From contig NW_021831286.1 of assembly GCF_006345805.1 (NCBI RefSeq), positions 124,001 to 188,000 on the forward strand: a stretch of 64,000 nt of DNA, read 5' to 3'. The notes under the pieces are model-generated. The model had not been told where the DNA came from. It saw nothing but the letters and a program-made list of their open reading frames with translations, and searched no databases. The position numbers were made by a program, and so were the translations under genes. Source of the DNA: Octopus sinensis (Eukaryota). Numbering within the stretch: position 1 is the first letter of the stretch; each line of letters opens with the position of its first letter. Shown here piece by piece: positions 26,176 to 39,010 of this stretch.

Positions 26176-28403
26176 TTAATTTTTCATCTCCACAAAAGGA
26201 CGCAGCATGTCATATTTGTTTACCAGAGAAGTACAAGCCACTATGGCCTCAAACCCTACGACTATAGTCAGTATATACCTCTTTTTCTCGCCAAAAATCG
26301 AATGGCTGCAACCTCTGACATAGCACAGCCGCCCAAAACAAACACCATCACACGTCTAGGCTTCTCGAATGTTCCAGAACGTGCTGGAAATAAATTTTAA
26401 TAAAACTCACAAAATGACTTGTATGGCAAATTACAGTCACCCGCCAATCCACTCAATTTAGAAGGATTTCGTTCATTTATTGACAAAATAAACTTAATTT
26501 ATAAACTGAAATATTTTACTTCCTCGACCAATCGATAAATGGCGGGAACATAACATCCATTAAACAAATAAGAAACATCACTCATTTCTCTCCAAAGATT
26601 TTCCTGAACATTTTTCTGTGAAGGAAGCTACTAAATAATTACGTCAACACCACCAAATTAAGTTTCTTCACTACATGATGAAATTGTGATTTGGGTTTGG
26701 TTAAATTGTTTGCAAGTCTAAAAAGAGAGTTCTTTCCTCCACTTTTGACAGAAATAAATCCCCCTCGTGATAGATTATCGAAAGTAGTCAAATGATGATA
26801 GCCGCATGTCTATTATAATAAAATATATATACTTACATGACATAGTGCTCTGACAATCGGCTCGAGTTCGGAGGCCCAAATCATCCCAGTGGACTGAGAA
26901 AGAATAACCAACAATGATAATGCAGAGTATATGTCTATCTAAAATACAATATATGAATATATAGAATAATAAACATATCTAATACTAAATGAGAACATTT
27001 CGATAGATTAGATCCTCCACATAGTCTAGTACAGCAGCCCTGTCAGCATCCTGTATTGTGGCTATTCTATTAGTATCAAACTATAACTGTGTTCGAGAGA
27101 AAAAAGAATGTCAGGCTCGATTGTGGATTGCTGAATATATTCACAAGCACTCAAATCTGAGAATTAGACTGTTTAATACGTTGAATAAGCAATCGTTGAT
27201 CTTCACGAAAAGTACCGAGATCAGAAGCCACAAATCTTCTGAGCTCTTCCAGAGAAGTGCTAGCCAGTTTACCCTTCCTATAAGACAGAATAATGACAAC
27301 CTCCATGCTGGAGGCCATCGACTTGACCTTGGACGACAAATCCAAAGTCACCTTCGAGAAATGCACATCACAAAACTCCTCAAATATCTACAAAACATAA
27401 ACCCCGGAGATAAAATAATTCCAAAAAACAAACTTTATCAGGATTACAGAAAGAAATTCTCCCAGGAATGAGATTTTTAATGTTTTTTGGGAGATCGATC
27501 ACTCCTAAGAGTAAATACACACCACAACCTTCATTCAGTCCAAAAACCTCTCCAAGAATGCCCCCATAAGTTATGTTGGAGGAGAAGGGAGTGACCAAAT
27601 CAAAAGTTCTGTCCAACAACAATAAATGTGACACTTGGGAGGTATTTAATTGTCCTTCAAAGCCTGTCTCCAACATACTCCCTACGTTCTATCCAAAATC
27701 AAATCACTCAGCCAAACCGTCGCAATCTGCCCAAAAGCATGTATTTCTGCAATATTCCCGAAAATTCCTTCGAATGTCTGTATAGCTTGAACCACGTGAG
27801 TAAGCCACAAATAAGAATTATCCTACACTGTGTAAAAGCACTCAAACCACAAAGACAGATTTGTAGAAATTGGGGAGTCCTAAACTGAGCACATCCCCGG
27901 CGATGGGGAGAAGGGAGATCATGACTGAGTGGAGAGTGACTTGTTCGAAGAGACCACTCCGACATAACAATTCCTGACATTCAAAATGCTGGAATAATAT
28001 TTTAATCTAACAATATTTGGGACGAATATAATATTGTATTCCCGCTTGATTGACTGGTTCCGATCACTTTTAATCTGGTTGATGACTTTTTGGAGGACTT
28101 GTATGTCTGACTGGAGTATATAAACGAATCAGAAATAAATTAATTGGCAATACCTAGAAGTAGAATTATTTACTATTGATCCAAGTTTGCATATTTTTAT
28201 GACTTGATATTCCTACGAATTGAGGTTAAGAAATACTTTAATTGTGCTAGCCGATATGAGAGTGTCTATTCTTCTCATCAGCGAACCGTCGATGAACAAT
28301 AATTTGGTGCCATTTATCTCAAGGATTTATATTGAATTATTACATTCATCAAGGTCCTAATTATTTCCTTTTTATATAAATGCAATAGAGGACGGAAATC
28401 CAT
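26176..28403 (-). CDS. VPS33: Sec1/Munc18-family vacuolar sorting protein VPS33, multi-exon
   Basis: Spliced reading: MDFRPLL..INGTKLLFIDGSL..EYNIIFVPN..LLPIAGDVLSL..LLLLDRTFDLVTP..TYGGIL..DVSYLFNGCYVP..VFVLGGCAMSEVAAIRFL..MKN*. Introns mostly 23-29 nt, one 58 nt. Confidence 0.92.
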
Positions 28404-29403
28404 CGATGCCCACGTCAAGAGAATATTAAGTTTACTTGTTTGAAAATATTCTGAATTTTAGCTTAAGAAAAATTACATTTTTATTTTGGACTAATAGACT
28501 TATTTTTTTTATTTTTATTTATTTTTTTCATAACCCCCAAGTTGTACATCATAGGTGGCAGCTCAGCCACAAACAACAGTCATAACTAGCTAATCGAAAG
28601 CAGAACAGAGGGAAAGAGTCGTTTGTGCCGATTAACATAGACCTCCAAATCTTCATTAGTTTTCCGTATTCAAAGAGAGGTGGGGAGATGCCCAGTTCCT
28701 ATTTCTGGAAGCCTCTTACCGTCGCTGACCGAACTTCATTTGTTTATCAGAAAGGTTTTACAATATGGAAACGGTCGTATCACAGTGTTCATAACATATT
28801 TTTCAGCCAATGGGGTTTTTCAGCTAATTTTTATGGGGTATCGAATGTACCGTTGAGTTCGGTACGTCGAAAAAGGTTAATTAAAAAACGGGCTTATCTG
28901 GTTTTTCACATAATGATCTCCTCAAAACCCAACAAATACCTTCAATCATCTAATTATAATATAGTTATGAAATGCGACTCTTAAAAAATATCATTGTCCG
29001 AAAAAGCTTGATATTTGCTGATTTTCGCAGCTCCGTTTTATTCTCTGTTTGATAAAGATGAAAATCCAGATTCCATAGGAGAATGTTGGAAAAGAACCAG
29101 GACTTCCAGTGCTTTTGCAAGGGTCGGAAACTTAATTGGATTAACAATCCAGGTATCAGAATCTTTAATAATGCCGATTGAAAAATGTCAATTAAATGTA
29201 AGTTTTAAGCATTCAAAACGATTTTTGATTTTTTTCTAATATTTTTATCAAAACTCGAGTTGGATTTAATGGCGATTTACATTTTTTAATTCCGTTTTTG
29301 TTTTGAAAGTTTCTTACAAAAATTCAAATATAATTATATTTTTGCCCATTTTAGTTTAAAATGTTATTTTTTATTATATAACTATAATTGCTATACAAAC
29401 AAA

Positions 29404-30274
29404 ATGGTTATTCAAGGTAGAGAAAAAAGATATTGTTTCTTCAAGCTCGAACAGATTAAAAATTCAGGCTTTGTGAATAACAAATTAATATCAAATTTGT
29501 TAGCCAAATGGTTCGTTATTATATAAAACCATAGGGGCCTGTCTTTAGGGACAGAATCTTATACGTTTGACCACAGTTTTCATATAAAAGATCAACTTGA
29601 TTTTTTTTCGGTTTAATTAATTTTAACGATTAAAGGAATTTATCGAAAACGTGCCAAATATCGACATTAAAAACAGTTGTGATAAAACTAAAAACTCATT
29701 TTATAGACGAGCTTTGCATTCAAATATTAAACTGCAGCAAAACCTCTACTGAATTCTTGATCCAATCACAGAAAACAAATCAATTGTAAGGAAAAACGGA
29801 CAGATCATTCAATGCATGGAATACTATCAGAATGATTATCCAATCATCGACAAATTGAGAGAAGTTTGGATTTATTTCTATAATATAGTGTATCATAGAT
29901 TCCGATTCTCCAAACTACAAAATTTACTCTGAAGAGGATCGCAACGAATTAATTTTCTGCATTTTTAAACATCTTGTCTTAGGCGGGAACCTTTGCCAAT
30001 ATGATGAATATATCAATGAGTATATTAACTTAACTAAAATTATTTATAAAGAGCTGGTGAGGTTTTATTTTATAATTAATGATTTCAGTGTACGACGGTC
30101 TTGCGAAGAGTCTAAAAATATTGAAATCACTTCCTTAGTGTATCGGCTGTCGGTTTTTTGTTTAATAATTTAATTTATAAGAATGAGACTGATAGTAACT
30201 GCAAAGATTTCTTCTATGCAATTGTTGACCCTTCAAAAAAAATTTTAAAGACGTTCTATACTAAAAAAATTTAA
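29404..30274 (+). CDS. CFAP300: Cilia- and flagella-associated protein 300 (dynein arm assembly), 6 micro-introns, one apparent frameshift
   Basis: Hallmark EEDRNELIFCIFKHLVLGGNLCQYDE..TKIIYKELVSVR..AIVDP. Introns 29511-34, 29611-35, 29676-706, 29864-88, 30062-88, 30153-81. Confidence 0.92.
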
Positions 30275-30315
30275 ACTTTTTTTGATTATTTGTTGTCTCT
30301 ATTTTGCAAAATACT

Positions 30316-30760
30316 TCAAAATTCTTTAACTCCACTTTTTTCTTTAGTTCTGGCTCTTGACCTCAAGAACATATTTAGCAGCGTCTGGGGAATTAAATTA
30401 CTGAGATCTGAATTCAAAGGGGTCCTGAAATATCCAAATAGTGCAAAAGGATTGCTCTCTTTAGGACTGAGGCGCCCAAAATATTGTGACTTTGTCAAGA
30501 AATCGTTATTGTCAACCTTTTGGAAACAGACAAAAAATTAAAAAATTCACAAAATTGAATTCTCTGTTTTTTTGCTGTTTTATGTCATATTTTACTACTT
30601 ATGGAATGTGTATGGGGGTTGTACGAGTCAACAAATAATATCACAGTCCAAAGATGCGAGAAGCCAGGGCTGCGAGGTTTTAAAAAATTAATAAATTTTA
30701 ATAAAAATTACATTTCTGAAGTTCTTTTGTCGTTCTTTTCAGTAAATATCCGAAATTATT
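30316..30760 (-). CDS. Possible unidentified spliced gene fragment convergent with CFAP300
   Basis: Intron-like GT-AG segments separate short frames (LKRTTKELQK, HLWTVILF, final exon ..SGVKEF*). Phases do not fully reconcile. Confidence 0.25.
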
Positions 30761-30839
30761 AATTTTTGCTTACAAAATTAAAATAATTTTTTTTCAAGAC
30801 AAAAGTAGTTAAATGGAAGCGTTTTTTATTTGATGGGAG

Positions 30840-31010
30840 GACAGATCCCCAAACTGTTTCACCTGAACCGCGGGAAAACCCAGTTTACTTTCCGAAGATC
30901 TTGAGTGCACATGGAGACTTTGACATCAACCTTGCGGCGGAAGTTTTCTGTCTTCGCACCAAGAGTACCCGACGTCTCTACCGAAATCGGCAACACAAAA
31001 AACTTATAAG
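30840..31010 (-). mobile_element. CRE-clade 3' fragment
   Basis: VLPISVETSGTLGAKTE..VNWVFPRF matches the RLE tail of the other CRE copies. Confidence 0.65.
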
Positions 31011-31098
31011 ACGACTTCCTGAAAATAAAGCCATTTTTGATACATGAAAGTTAATTATCTTACTGGAAGAGATAGAAGGACAAAGTTTAAAGGTTAAA

Positions 31099-32830
31099 TT
31101 AATCAGAAATTAATCGGCCAGCAAGCCGGATGGAACAGCTGTTTCCACGCACAACGGCCAACAGGATCCTCTGGATTAGGAATGTAAATTCCCTAGGATC
31201 CTTGGAGCGTAATGAACAGAGGTGGCCAAGTTTCTTCAGATGATCAACTGTCTTTGTGCCAAAGACGCACGAAGTCTCAACAACAATTGGCCAAAACCAA
31301 AAGCCGTCCAACAAGCCCCGGTATTTTTCGGATTTTGTATATTCAGCCCTATTAGCACGGGACCCGGGCAGAGAGGCGGATTCGTTGATGGCCGACTTAG
31401 AGAAGGAATCAACACACGTGGCATCCCAAACTAGTGGTTTACCAGCGTCGAAAGCGAACAACGTCGAGCCATCAGGCCTTTTTCCATCACCACGGTCAAG
31501 ACCAATTGGCTCAAGGACAGAAAAATACCCTGCCTTTTCGAAGCATGGAGAATGATCTTGTTAAGAGCCGAATGACGAGGTATGCGACCTGCGCTTTTCT
31601 TGCAGGAAAGGGCATGGAGCCCGTATGTGTCCATCGTTGATCCACACCGGCAGGGGTGGGGATTACAAATCGGTAGTCCGAGACGAAGGCATATTCCAAA
31701 ACGGAGGGCATCAGAGTCGAGGCAGGTATCCAAATGGGTCGTGGGAAGGCAGTTAAGCCAGGAGCCAGAATACGGTTGGCGACTGGCACGGAAGCAAGCT
31801 AGTCTGTGCTGGTCCAAGAGACGCTCCAACGAGACAACGTAATATTCACAAATAATTTTGTCCCATTCACGTTGGAGAGATCGTTCTGACGGTAAGACGA
31901 AATGCTTTTCCTTCCAAAGCAAGAGTGCAGAATTGATATCAGAGTCCAAAGTTGATTCGGGTGATTTTTCAAGAATCTTATGGACAAGAAGATACAATCC
32001 TGAAGAAGATGAAAGGAAAGCGGGAAGAGAAAGGTCGAGCGCGGAGCGAAGCCCCAGACCGCCAGAGGATACAGGAAGTTTGGCCTGACACGAACCAACG
32101 TCATCAAACTTGACATTAAAAATCTTCTCAACGGAAGAACGCACCAGAGTGTCGAAAGAATCCAAGGCAATAGGAATAGAAAAACAGCGGGAACTCCTTA
32201 GGACATAATTGATTTTCGGGATCAGAAGATAATTTTTGAGAATGAAATAAGCAGGGTGGGGATCAATATCTGCAAGTTTATCACAAAGGGAAGAAAGGGC
32301 ATTCCTCTTGGAATTAAGAATACGAATGGCGGATTGGTCGTAGATCGGAGCACCCAAGATTTCGAGATCAGCAGTGGAAGTATGTCTCAGATCGGGCAAA
32401 AGGCCTCGAAACTGAGAAAAAATGTTTTGAAAACTAACACGATCGATGTTAACATTTACGATTTCAGATTTGAGAGAATTAATTTCGAGACCAATGGATG
32501 ACAAAGCTGGGATTAGAGATTCCAAGTCCTTTATCAAAATATCGGGCGGACCACCAATAGTACAATCATCCAAATACCAAATATTCAGAGGCGACAAATT
32601 CTTACGGGCAATAAAATCCACGGAAAGGGCAAATAATAACGGGCCCAAAAGATCGCCTTGCTGTACACCACAAGAAGAGGAAATAAAGGAATCACCTGCA
32701 GCCAAAAGGCTCGGGTATCCATATGAAAGAAAAACAAATGGCAGCAATGAAGGAATTCTGTCTTTACAAACCTCAAGTAGATGCTCTCTGTTGAGAGAAT
32801 TGAACGCATTTTGATACATTGTTTTCAAAA
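31099..32830 (-). mobile_element. CRE-clade retrotransposon, 5'-truncated within RT, one frameshift
   Basis: NAFNSL, GVQQGDLLGPLLF, WYLDDCTIGG, CRCG..HALSC, GKRPDG..WDATCVD..KSEKY..VETS..QRILLAVVRGN. Confidence 0.9.
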
Positions 32831-32949
32831 AATTAAGAAAATTAAAATTCTCACAGCTTCTTGACCCAGATTATAATGTAGTGTTTTTTTTATTTTTTCA
32901 TCAATAGTGATTATCTCTCTTCCAGTGTTTGTTATTTTATATTTTTCGT

Positions 32950-33705
32950 TAAAACTTAGCCATATAGGGGATATTTTCTATTAACTACTTTTTCGTCACC
33001 GTCGTAACGTATTAAGACTTCATTACCATGTTCAATTTCTTCGTACTTCCATCTTTACGGTTTTTCATTTTTTCGCCTGATTTAACAATATTTGCGAAGG
33101 CAATTCTTCGTTTTTCCTGCCCCTTCAATTTTTTTCGAAGCAAAGTAGAATAAATTTCCTGGTCTTCATTTGGCCGTCAAATTTTAATAGTGTTTCCAAT
33201 TCTGTTTTTTGTTATTTTTTAGAAAAATCCACATTGAAAAAAATTTTGAATGGTCTTTGCTTTGTTGCCTCGTGGATAGCATAGTTGTAATCACGAACAA
33301 TGCCTTTTATCAAATGAATATAACATCCAAAATTGCCTCTCGATGCACTAAAGGATGAAATCCATCGTTTTATTTACTGATTAAATCTATTTAAATTAAA
33401 CGACAAAAAATACCGTTCGACTTATCCATGTATCCAAAGTGCTTTAAATTGTGTTGAGCCTAATTTAAATCTGCAGTATCAAAATTCAATGTATTTTAGC
33501 TTTAATTCATCTTCCTCAATACAAAATAATCGTAACTATCGACCATTTTTAGTAATTTAGGCTGCGGATTGTTTGAAATTAAAACTTACGGACATCATTT
33601 GATTTTTGCCCTTTCCCTCGAGTCAATAAATTCATCGAGTAGTCCGGATTCAGTGAAAATCTTAATTTTTTCAATTGTTTCACGTGTTAATTCCAACAGA
33701 ACCAT
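32950..33705 (-). mobile_element. Second Ginger-like integrase relic, internally deleted
   Basis: HG*VER[27-nt GT-AG]FNQ*IKRW..DYNYAIHEATKQRPFKIFF parallels the HGQIERCNQT segment of the 20.9-kb copy. Confidence 0.55.
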
Positions 33706-33949
33706 ATTTTATAATTAATAATTAAAATAAAACAATATAATAAGTTTCATTTGTTATTATTAATAATTTCTTCCAATGAAAAGTTTTCTGAAAAAATATT
33801 TTTTTGGTATTTTAAGTATCGACCTCACTCTCGGCTGTGACAAATAATAGGACGAATCATCAACAATTTTTTTTGACTCTTAGCTATAAATATTGAAGTT
33901 GGTGGCTCTGAATCCACTTGGATCTCTCATATTATCAATGCTACTGAGA

Positions 33950-34870
33950 AGAGACTCGAAAAAATAAAAATAAATGGTAGAAGGCATATCCAGAGAAAGT
34001 ACTGAGGATAAAATATGAATCTAACTATCTAGAATTCAGGCATTAATAGAAGTATTAATACAAATTAAAAAACAAATATTTATCCAGAAGATCAGGAAAG
34101 AATTTTGAAAGGCAGTAAATGCTTTGAAATAAGTCGTAAATTGTTGTACCAGACTTAGGTGACGAATTTGTTCTCAACATCAAATGCATTTATGACTAAA
34201 AAGTAAATGACGGTGTCTACACCTTTTTATTAAAAAACGAACTCGTTTGATGGCTTTATGGAAAGAGATTATCCAAATCATCTGATTAGATTGAAATTAA
34301 AATGATTTTATACTCGAATCACATATTTGATTGCAAATAAACAAGTTTGACGTCAACTCAAAACTCTTTGATTGTATGGATTATTTGTCAAATTTCCGAT
34401 AATAACTTTAAACGATAAAACAGTTACAAGTTCAGAAAAAACATGATCTCATAAGTCAATGTATTAATACAAAGTAGGAAAATTTTGTAGAATGGATTGA
34501 TGTCAAACAGTCATTCAATTCTGTCGACTATAACTCACTATTCCATTTGCTGAATTATCCAGGGATTCCTTTGTAGATAAACTAATTTATAAAAAAATAT
34601 TCTCAAGAGATTGAATGTAAGTCGCCAAATTGATCATCCAAAAACTGGCTATTTAGAACTTGCTGTGAAATTCTATAAAGTAATTAATTATCTCCTTAAT
34701 GATTTTTATTAGCATGGATCCCCTAAGTAGAATTACCAAAAATCATTAATGAATCAAAAAGACCCTAATATGGTGACTTACTCGATCACTTATTTTTTGT
34801 TGATGATCTTGAATTTCCAGTTCTTGAGAAGTCTTGAAATAATGTTGTTTTCCATAGGAAGTCGTGATTC
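33950..34870 (+). mobile_element. Decayed R4-like RT relic related to the element at 1-2729
   Basis: WIDVKQSFNSVD, MDPLSR and HLFFVDDL in order, with many indels. Confidence 0.7.
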
Positions 34871-34976
34871 CGAAATTAATTAAAACAAATAATTTGAAAA
34901 ATCTCAAAAATTATTTAAAAATTATAAAAAAATTCAATTATTTTTTAATTAAATTATTTGAAAACTTTCATATAAT

Positions 34977-37003
34977 ATGGTTTCTGCGGTGTTCTCTTTT
35001 GTTAGACGGCCTTCTTTCTTATTGAAATGGTAATATTATGAAATAAATAATTTTAGCAATTGCCATATCTCAGACAGCCTTGCAGAAACCGACCAATTCA
35101 TATCAATTCCAATTCGTCAGAATAGGGATTCATACGCTGTTCTCAAGGCACTCTCCTCTGCCACTGAGAAAAGAACAATTGGATGTAACCACGATCTTAA
35201 ATTCCATCCTTTACGTTGTTTTGGCCCTGTTAATTTTTCCTTTCAATAATTTTAGAGGCGGCAATTAAAACTATTGGAAGCAGGGAAAAGGGTGGCCAGA
35301 TGGTACATTGACAAACATCCATACCACTTTCATTACAACCTACATAAAAATAAAGTAGTTTAGTCACTAATCAAGGCTTTCACTCCCAAAAATTTATATG
35401 ATTCTAAAAAATCGGACTTGGAAAATCTTTCGGATTCCATCGAACGAAAAAACTCTGAACGAGCTCAATATTACTATGGAGAAATAAGGAAAAATAATTT
35501 GACGATAGAAAATGAACTTTTTTCGAAATTAATGGCACTTTTGTCATTCCAAGACGATTTTAACTATGAAGAAGTAGAAAATGCTTCTGAACTGACTTAT
35601 TTCTATCTTATTCTTTCTTCGGCAAAAGTTAAGTTATTTTTGTGAAAATAGAATAACAAATTTGACAAGGTGTTGGAATATTTCTCCAAATTAGACTTAT
35701 CGAATGCAAAAGGTTGTTTTCAGTATTTATAAGAAACTTATATTTGTGAAATTTTATTTAATATTTTTATTTAGTTCCCACGGCTATCTATAACTGTTAT
35801 CTGACTGCTTTATTGAAGGATAGTTCTTCTATAAATGGAATGCTGAGCACTGCTAATGTTTGTGTCATTTATTATTGGTAGGATGTTATCAATATTATGT
35901 GGAATAATCGAGTTTGTTGTAATATAGGGACATTTAATGCAATTTTGTATAGTTTGCAGTCAATTCCATTCAAAGAAGATGAAAAATTGAAATGTGCTTT
36001 GGATTTAGCAAATCAGTTCCGAGAATTGTCGATTGGTGGCTTGTAATTAACACTATAAGTATAGATTGTTCCAGTGCTTCCACAATTACATATATTTTGA
36101 CTATTGCCGATCAAATATACGATTTATCTGCCTATAAAACAACTTGCGACAATTTAATAAAGTTTATAAACTCATTTGTGACTGTGCGTCAGTATTTGAT
36201 GACTGATCTGATGACTGGTATGTTTTTGTTAGTTATTTTGGTTTTAGATAAGTTTATAGACCTTATTTTCAGAACTGTATTTAAATTCAGTTCATTTTTA
36301 GGCTTTCAAATTGCGAGATTTGAAACTTTTAAGAACAGTATTTGATATATTCATGTTCGGGACTAACTCATATATCCCTTTCAATAAATTCGACAGGGAT
36401 TCTCAATCTTTCCCGTACTCGTTGTTGTATAAAAAGTAGATTAAAATACGCAAATGTACTCATCAATATTGCCCCGTTGGATAAGGTCGTGGATGCCTTA
36501 GCTCTTCTAAATGATAAAGTGGAGTTTTTTAGTTATTTTTAGGGAGAATTGGATCAAAGAATTGAATTTAATTTGCTAATGAGAAGAATACTTAACGAGC
36601 ACGGCCAACATTTACTTCCTCGGATTTTCAACAGTTTTTGATTTCTTGTTGATTTGTAGTTGTTGGAGGTCATGATAGACTATTAAGGACACGGACAATC
36701 GACTGCATGCAGCAAGTCGTCAACCCATCATACGAACTTAAATACAAATTTGCTGAATGTGCTGAAAAGTGCGTTTTAAGTTTGGCTGTTGGTTCTTCGA
36801 TGATAGCTCTGTTTTTATGTTTTGTTTTATTTTCAGAGACCAGCTAAAAGTGATGGAGTGCTGCATTAAATTGTTGGCTGACGGTGGAAGAACGCAATAT
36901 TTAAGGTTGGCATATCTCAATAGTTTATTTAAGTAAATTGACCAAAGTTTATATTGAAAACGGAGGAGATGCTCACATTTTGAAACGTGCAGGAGTACAA
37001 TGA
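34977..37003 (+). CDS. PTCD3: Pentatricopeptide repeat protein / mitoribosomal mS39, multi-exon; 3' end approximate
   Basis: IPIRQNRDSYAVLKALSSATE (cf. IPKK..WDKVAVLQALASTV), GKRVARWYIDKHPYHF, PPR-like NIGTFNAILYSL. Introns 21-29 nt in the modelled 5' part. Confidence 0.85.
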
Positions 37004-37724
37004 TGATTGTTATTATTAGTTTTCAAATAATATTTGATTTATTAAAAAATTACGAAGATGTTTTTGTTTACCTTGAATACACAATAGATATTGAAAAATT
37101 TACATAAATATACAAAAAAATTGTTATTAAATGAAAATCAGGATTCCCCAGTGGCCCCAGAGTGGATAGCAAACGAGTTACTTCGCATGATTGATATCGA
37201 TACTCTCTGGTACAGCCAGTTGATTTCAAATATTTATTAAAAAAGAAAGTTAATTTCGATTCTGTAAATTTTATTTTATCAAGCAAACAAATTTAGACTG
37301 TTATGGTTGAGCAATATATTCGAATTAATAAATGTGTTTAGTTTTATTTCAAATGTACAATTCATGATTAAGGGTTTCCAGCTTTTCATGTTCAAAGTCC
37401 TACTCGAAAGAAAAGGGGAAAAAGAACTCCAAATAATCTGTTTTTTACTAAATCCACGTACTTAGTTCCTTTCTTCAAGAACAATTTTTATTCTTAATAA
37501 GGCACAATAAGATTTCCACAAGTGGGAAACTGGTCTTGCAACATTAACCTAACTTTTTCAAAGGTTTATGTATAAAACCAATTGAAGACTATTTTGATTA
37601 TAATTTAAAATTCAATGAATGTCTCAACTCTGAAAGTATTTGGGCTTTATATATTTTTAAATTACAGCCAGGTGGATTTTCTCTAACGTTTTAGCTTTAT
37701 CTATAAGGACACTTCTTGTATACA

Positions 37725-39010
37725 CAGTACGACCGCGGTTTGGGGAAGATCCCAAAGGGTGATCCATCCTCTGTTTTTGGGGGACTCTCGCTTTTAGGGA
37801 CAGTTTTTAAAAACAGTCAATTTTTCATTACAGTATGTATTTTGGATGACCCCTGTTGGGGCACATATTTAATTTATTTAATTACAAAATTTTATTTATT
37901 ATTAAATTTGATTGGTACTTTTGGTCGAAGTGGTCGCGTTTTTTTAGGCCTTTTAAAAAAATCTAATAATTTTTGAGGTGGAATATATTATATTTTATTA
38001 ATCGCTCTATCAATAATTTAAAATATTATTAAATTTTTTAACTAATGTTATTTTCTATTTTTAATATTATGGCGAGCATGTACCTAATATTGATATAAAA
38101 CTGGCACTATAGGTCACATGGAAAATTCTGTTGTGGACTTATGCAACATCAAATTCCGACAGCTCCCAATAAGTAAGGAGGATGCAGGACATTTTCTGCA
38201 AAATGTGGATATCCTTTCAAAATCACGTATATGTCCGAAGGGACATCAGATGGAATTAGTCTTGGGACGAAGCTCAATTGGAACTCAAAGAGAGCTGTAA
38301 GACTCATCTGGGATCTTATTTCGCAGTTTTTTTAGTTAATTATTTTTTTCAGAATTTATGTGGCGAAAACAAATACAAACTATAAGAATCTTTTTGCACA
38401 GATTGTAAAGACATAAATTCCTTCTACAGTCCTGGAATTTGGATGCCGCGTACTAAAAATGACTAAATTGGTTAAAAAATTTTTAAATAATTTTAATAAC
38501 CATTTAAATTATTGATAGAGGGTTATAAATTAAATAATCTATTTTTCACTAAAAAAATTAATTATTTTAATTATCTTCTAAAAAAACTGCGACCACTTCG
38601 ACAAAAGTACCATTGATTTATTATTTTAACATGGGATTAACTGAATGCGATCGAAACAAAGATTATTAATCTTTTACATAAAATAAATCGTCTACACTAG
38701 ATAGATTAGCGTTTGAAACTTTTCTACTTTTAAAGAGATGAATTTCTTCAAATTTCTGGAACCATATTGAAACTCATTGCAAAAAAAAAATTCTAAAAAA
38801 TAAGTTACGAATTATTTAAGGCATCAAATGGATGACTCGAACGGTTCAAGAAAAGGCATGAGTTGCTATTCAAAACTATAAGCGGAGAAAAGAATTCGTC
38901 TGACCTTTCTTCATTATTCAATTTTTTCTTTGATTCTGACAACTTTTTGGAAACTGTAGTGATCTATGGGGCAATTTTCCTTTTTCTGAAGGGAAAGAGG
39001 GTGTCTTGTT
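37725..39010 (+). mobile_element. pogo relic (family of 21732-23282) interrupted by a Merlin-like element
   Basis: 5' cagtacgacc and ttggggcac subterminal motif. FKASNG*LERFKKRHELLFKTISGEKN at 38815-38900. Confidence 0.7.
37914..38611 (+). mobile_element. Merlin (IS1016/ISXO2-like) non-autonomous element
   Basis: About 25-bp TIR GGTACTTTT(G)GTCGAAGTGGTCGC; imperfect flanks atttgatt/attgattt. N-terminal remnant EDAGHFLQNVDILSKSRICPKGHQM. Confidence 0.65.

Noticed and set aside
27670-27720. Apparent 19-nt intron in VPS33
   Set aside because: Rechecking the frame against the ORF track shows that a 29-nt phase-0 intron (gtttgg..ggatag) fits.
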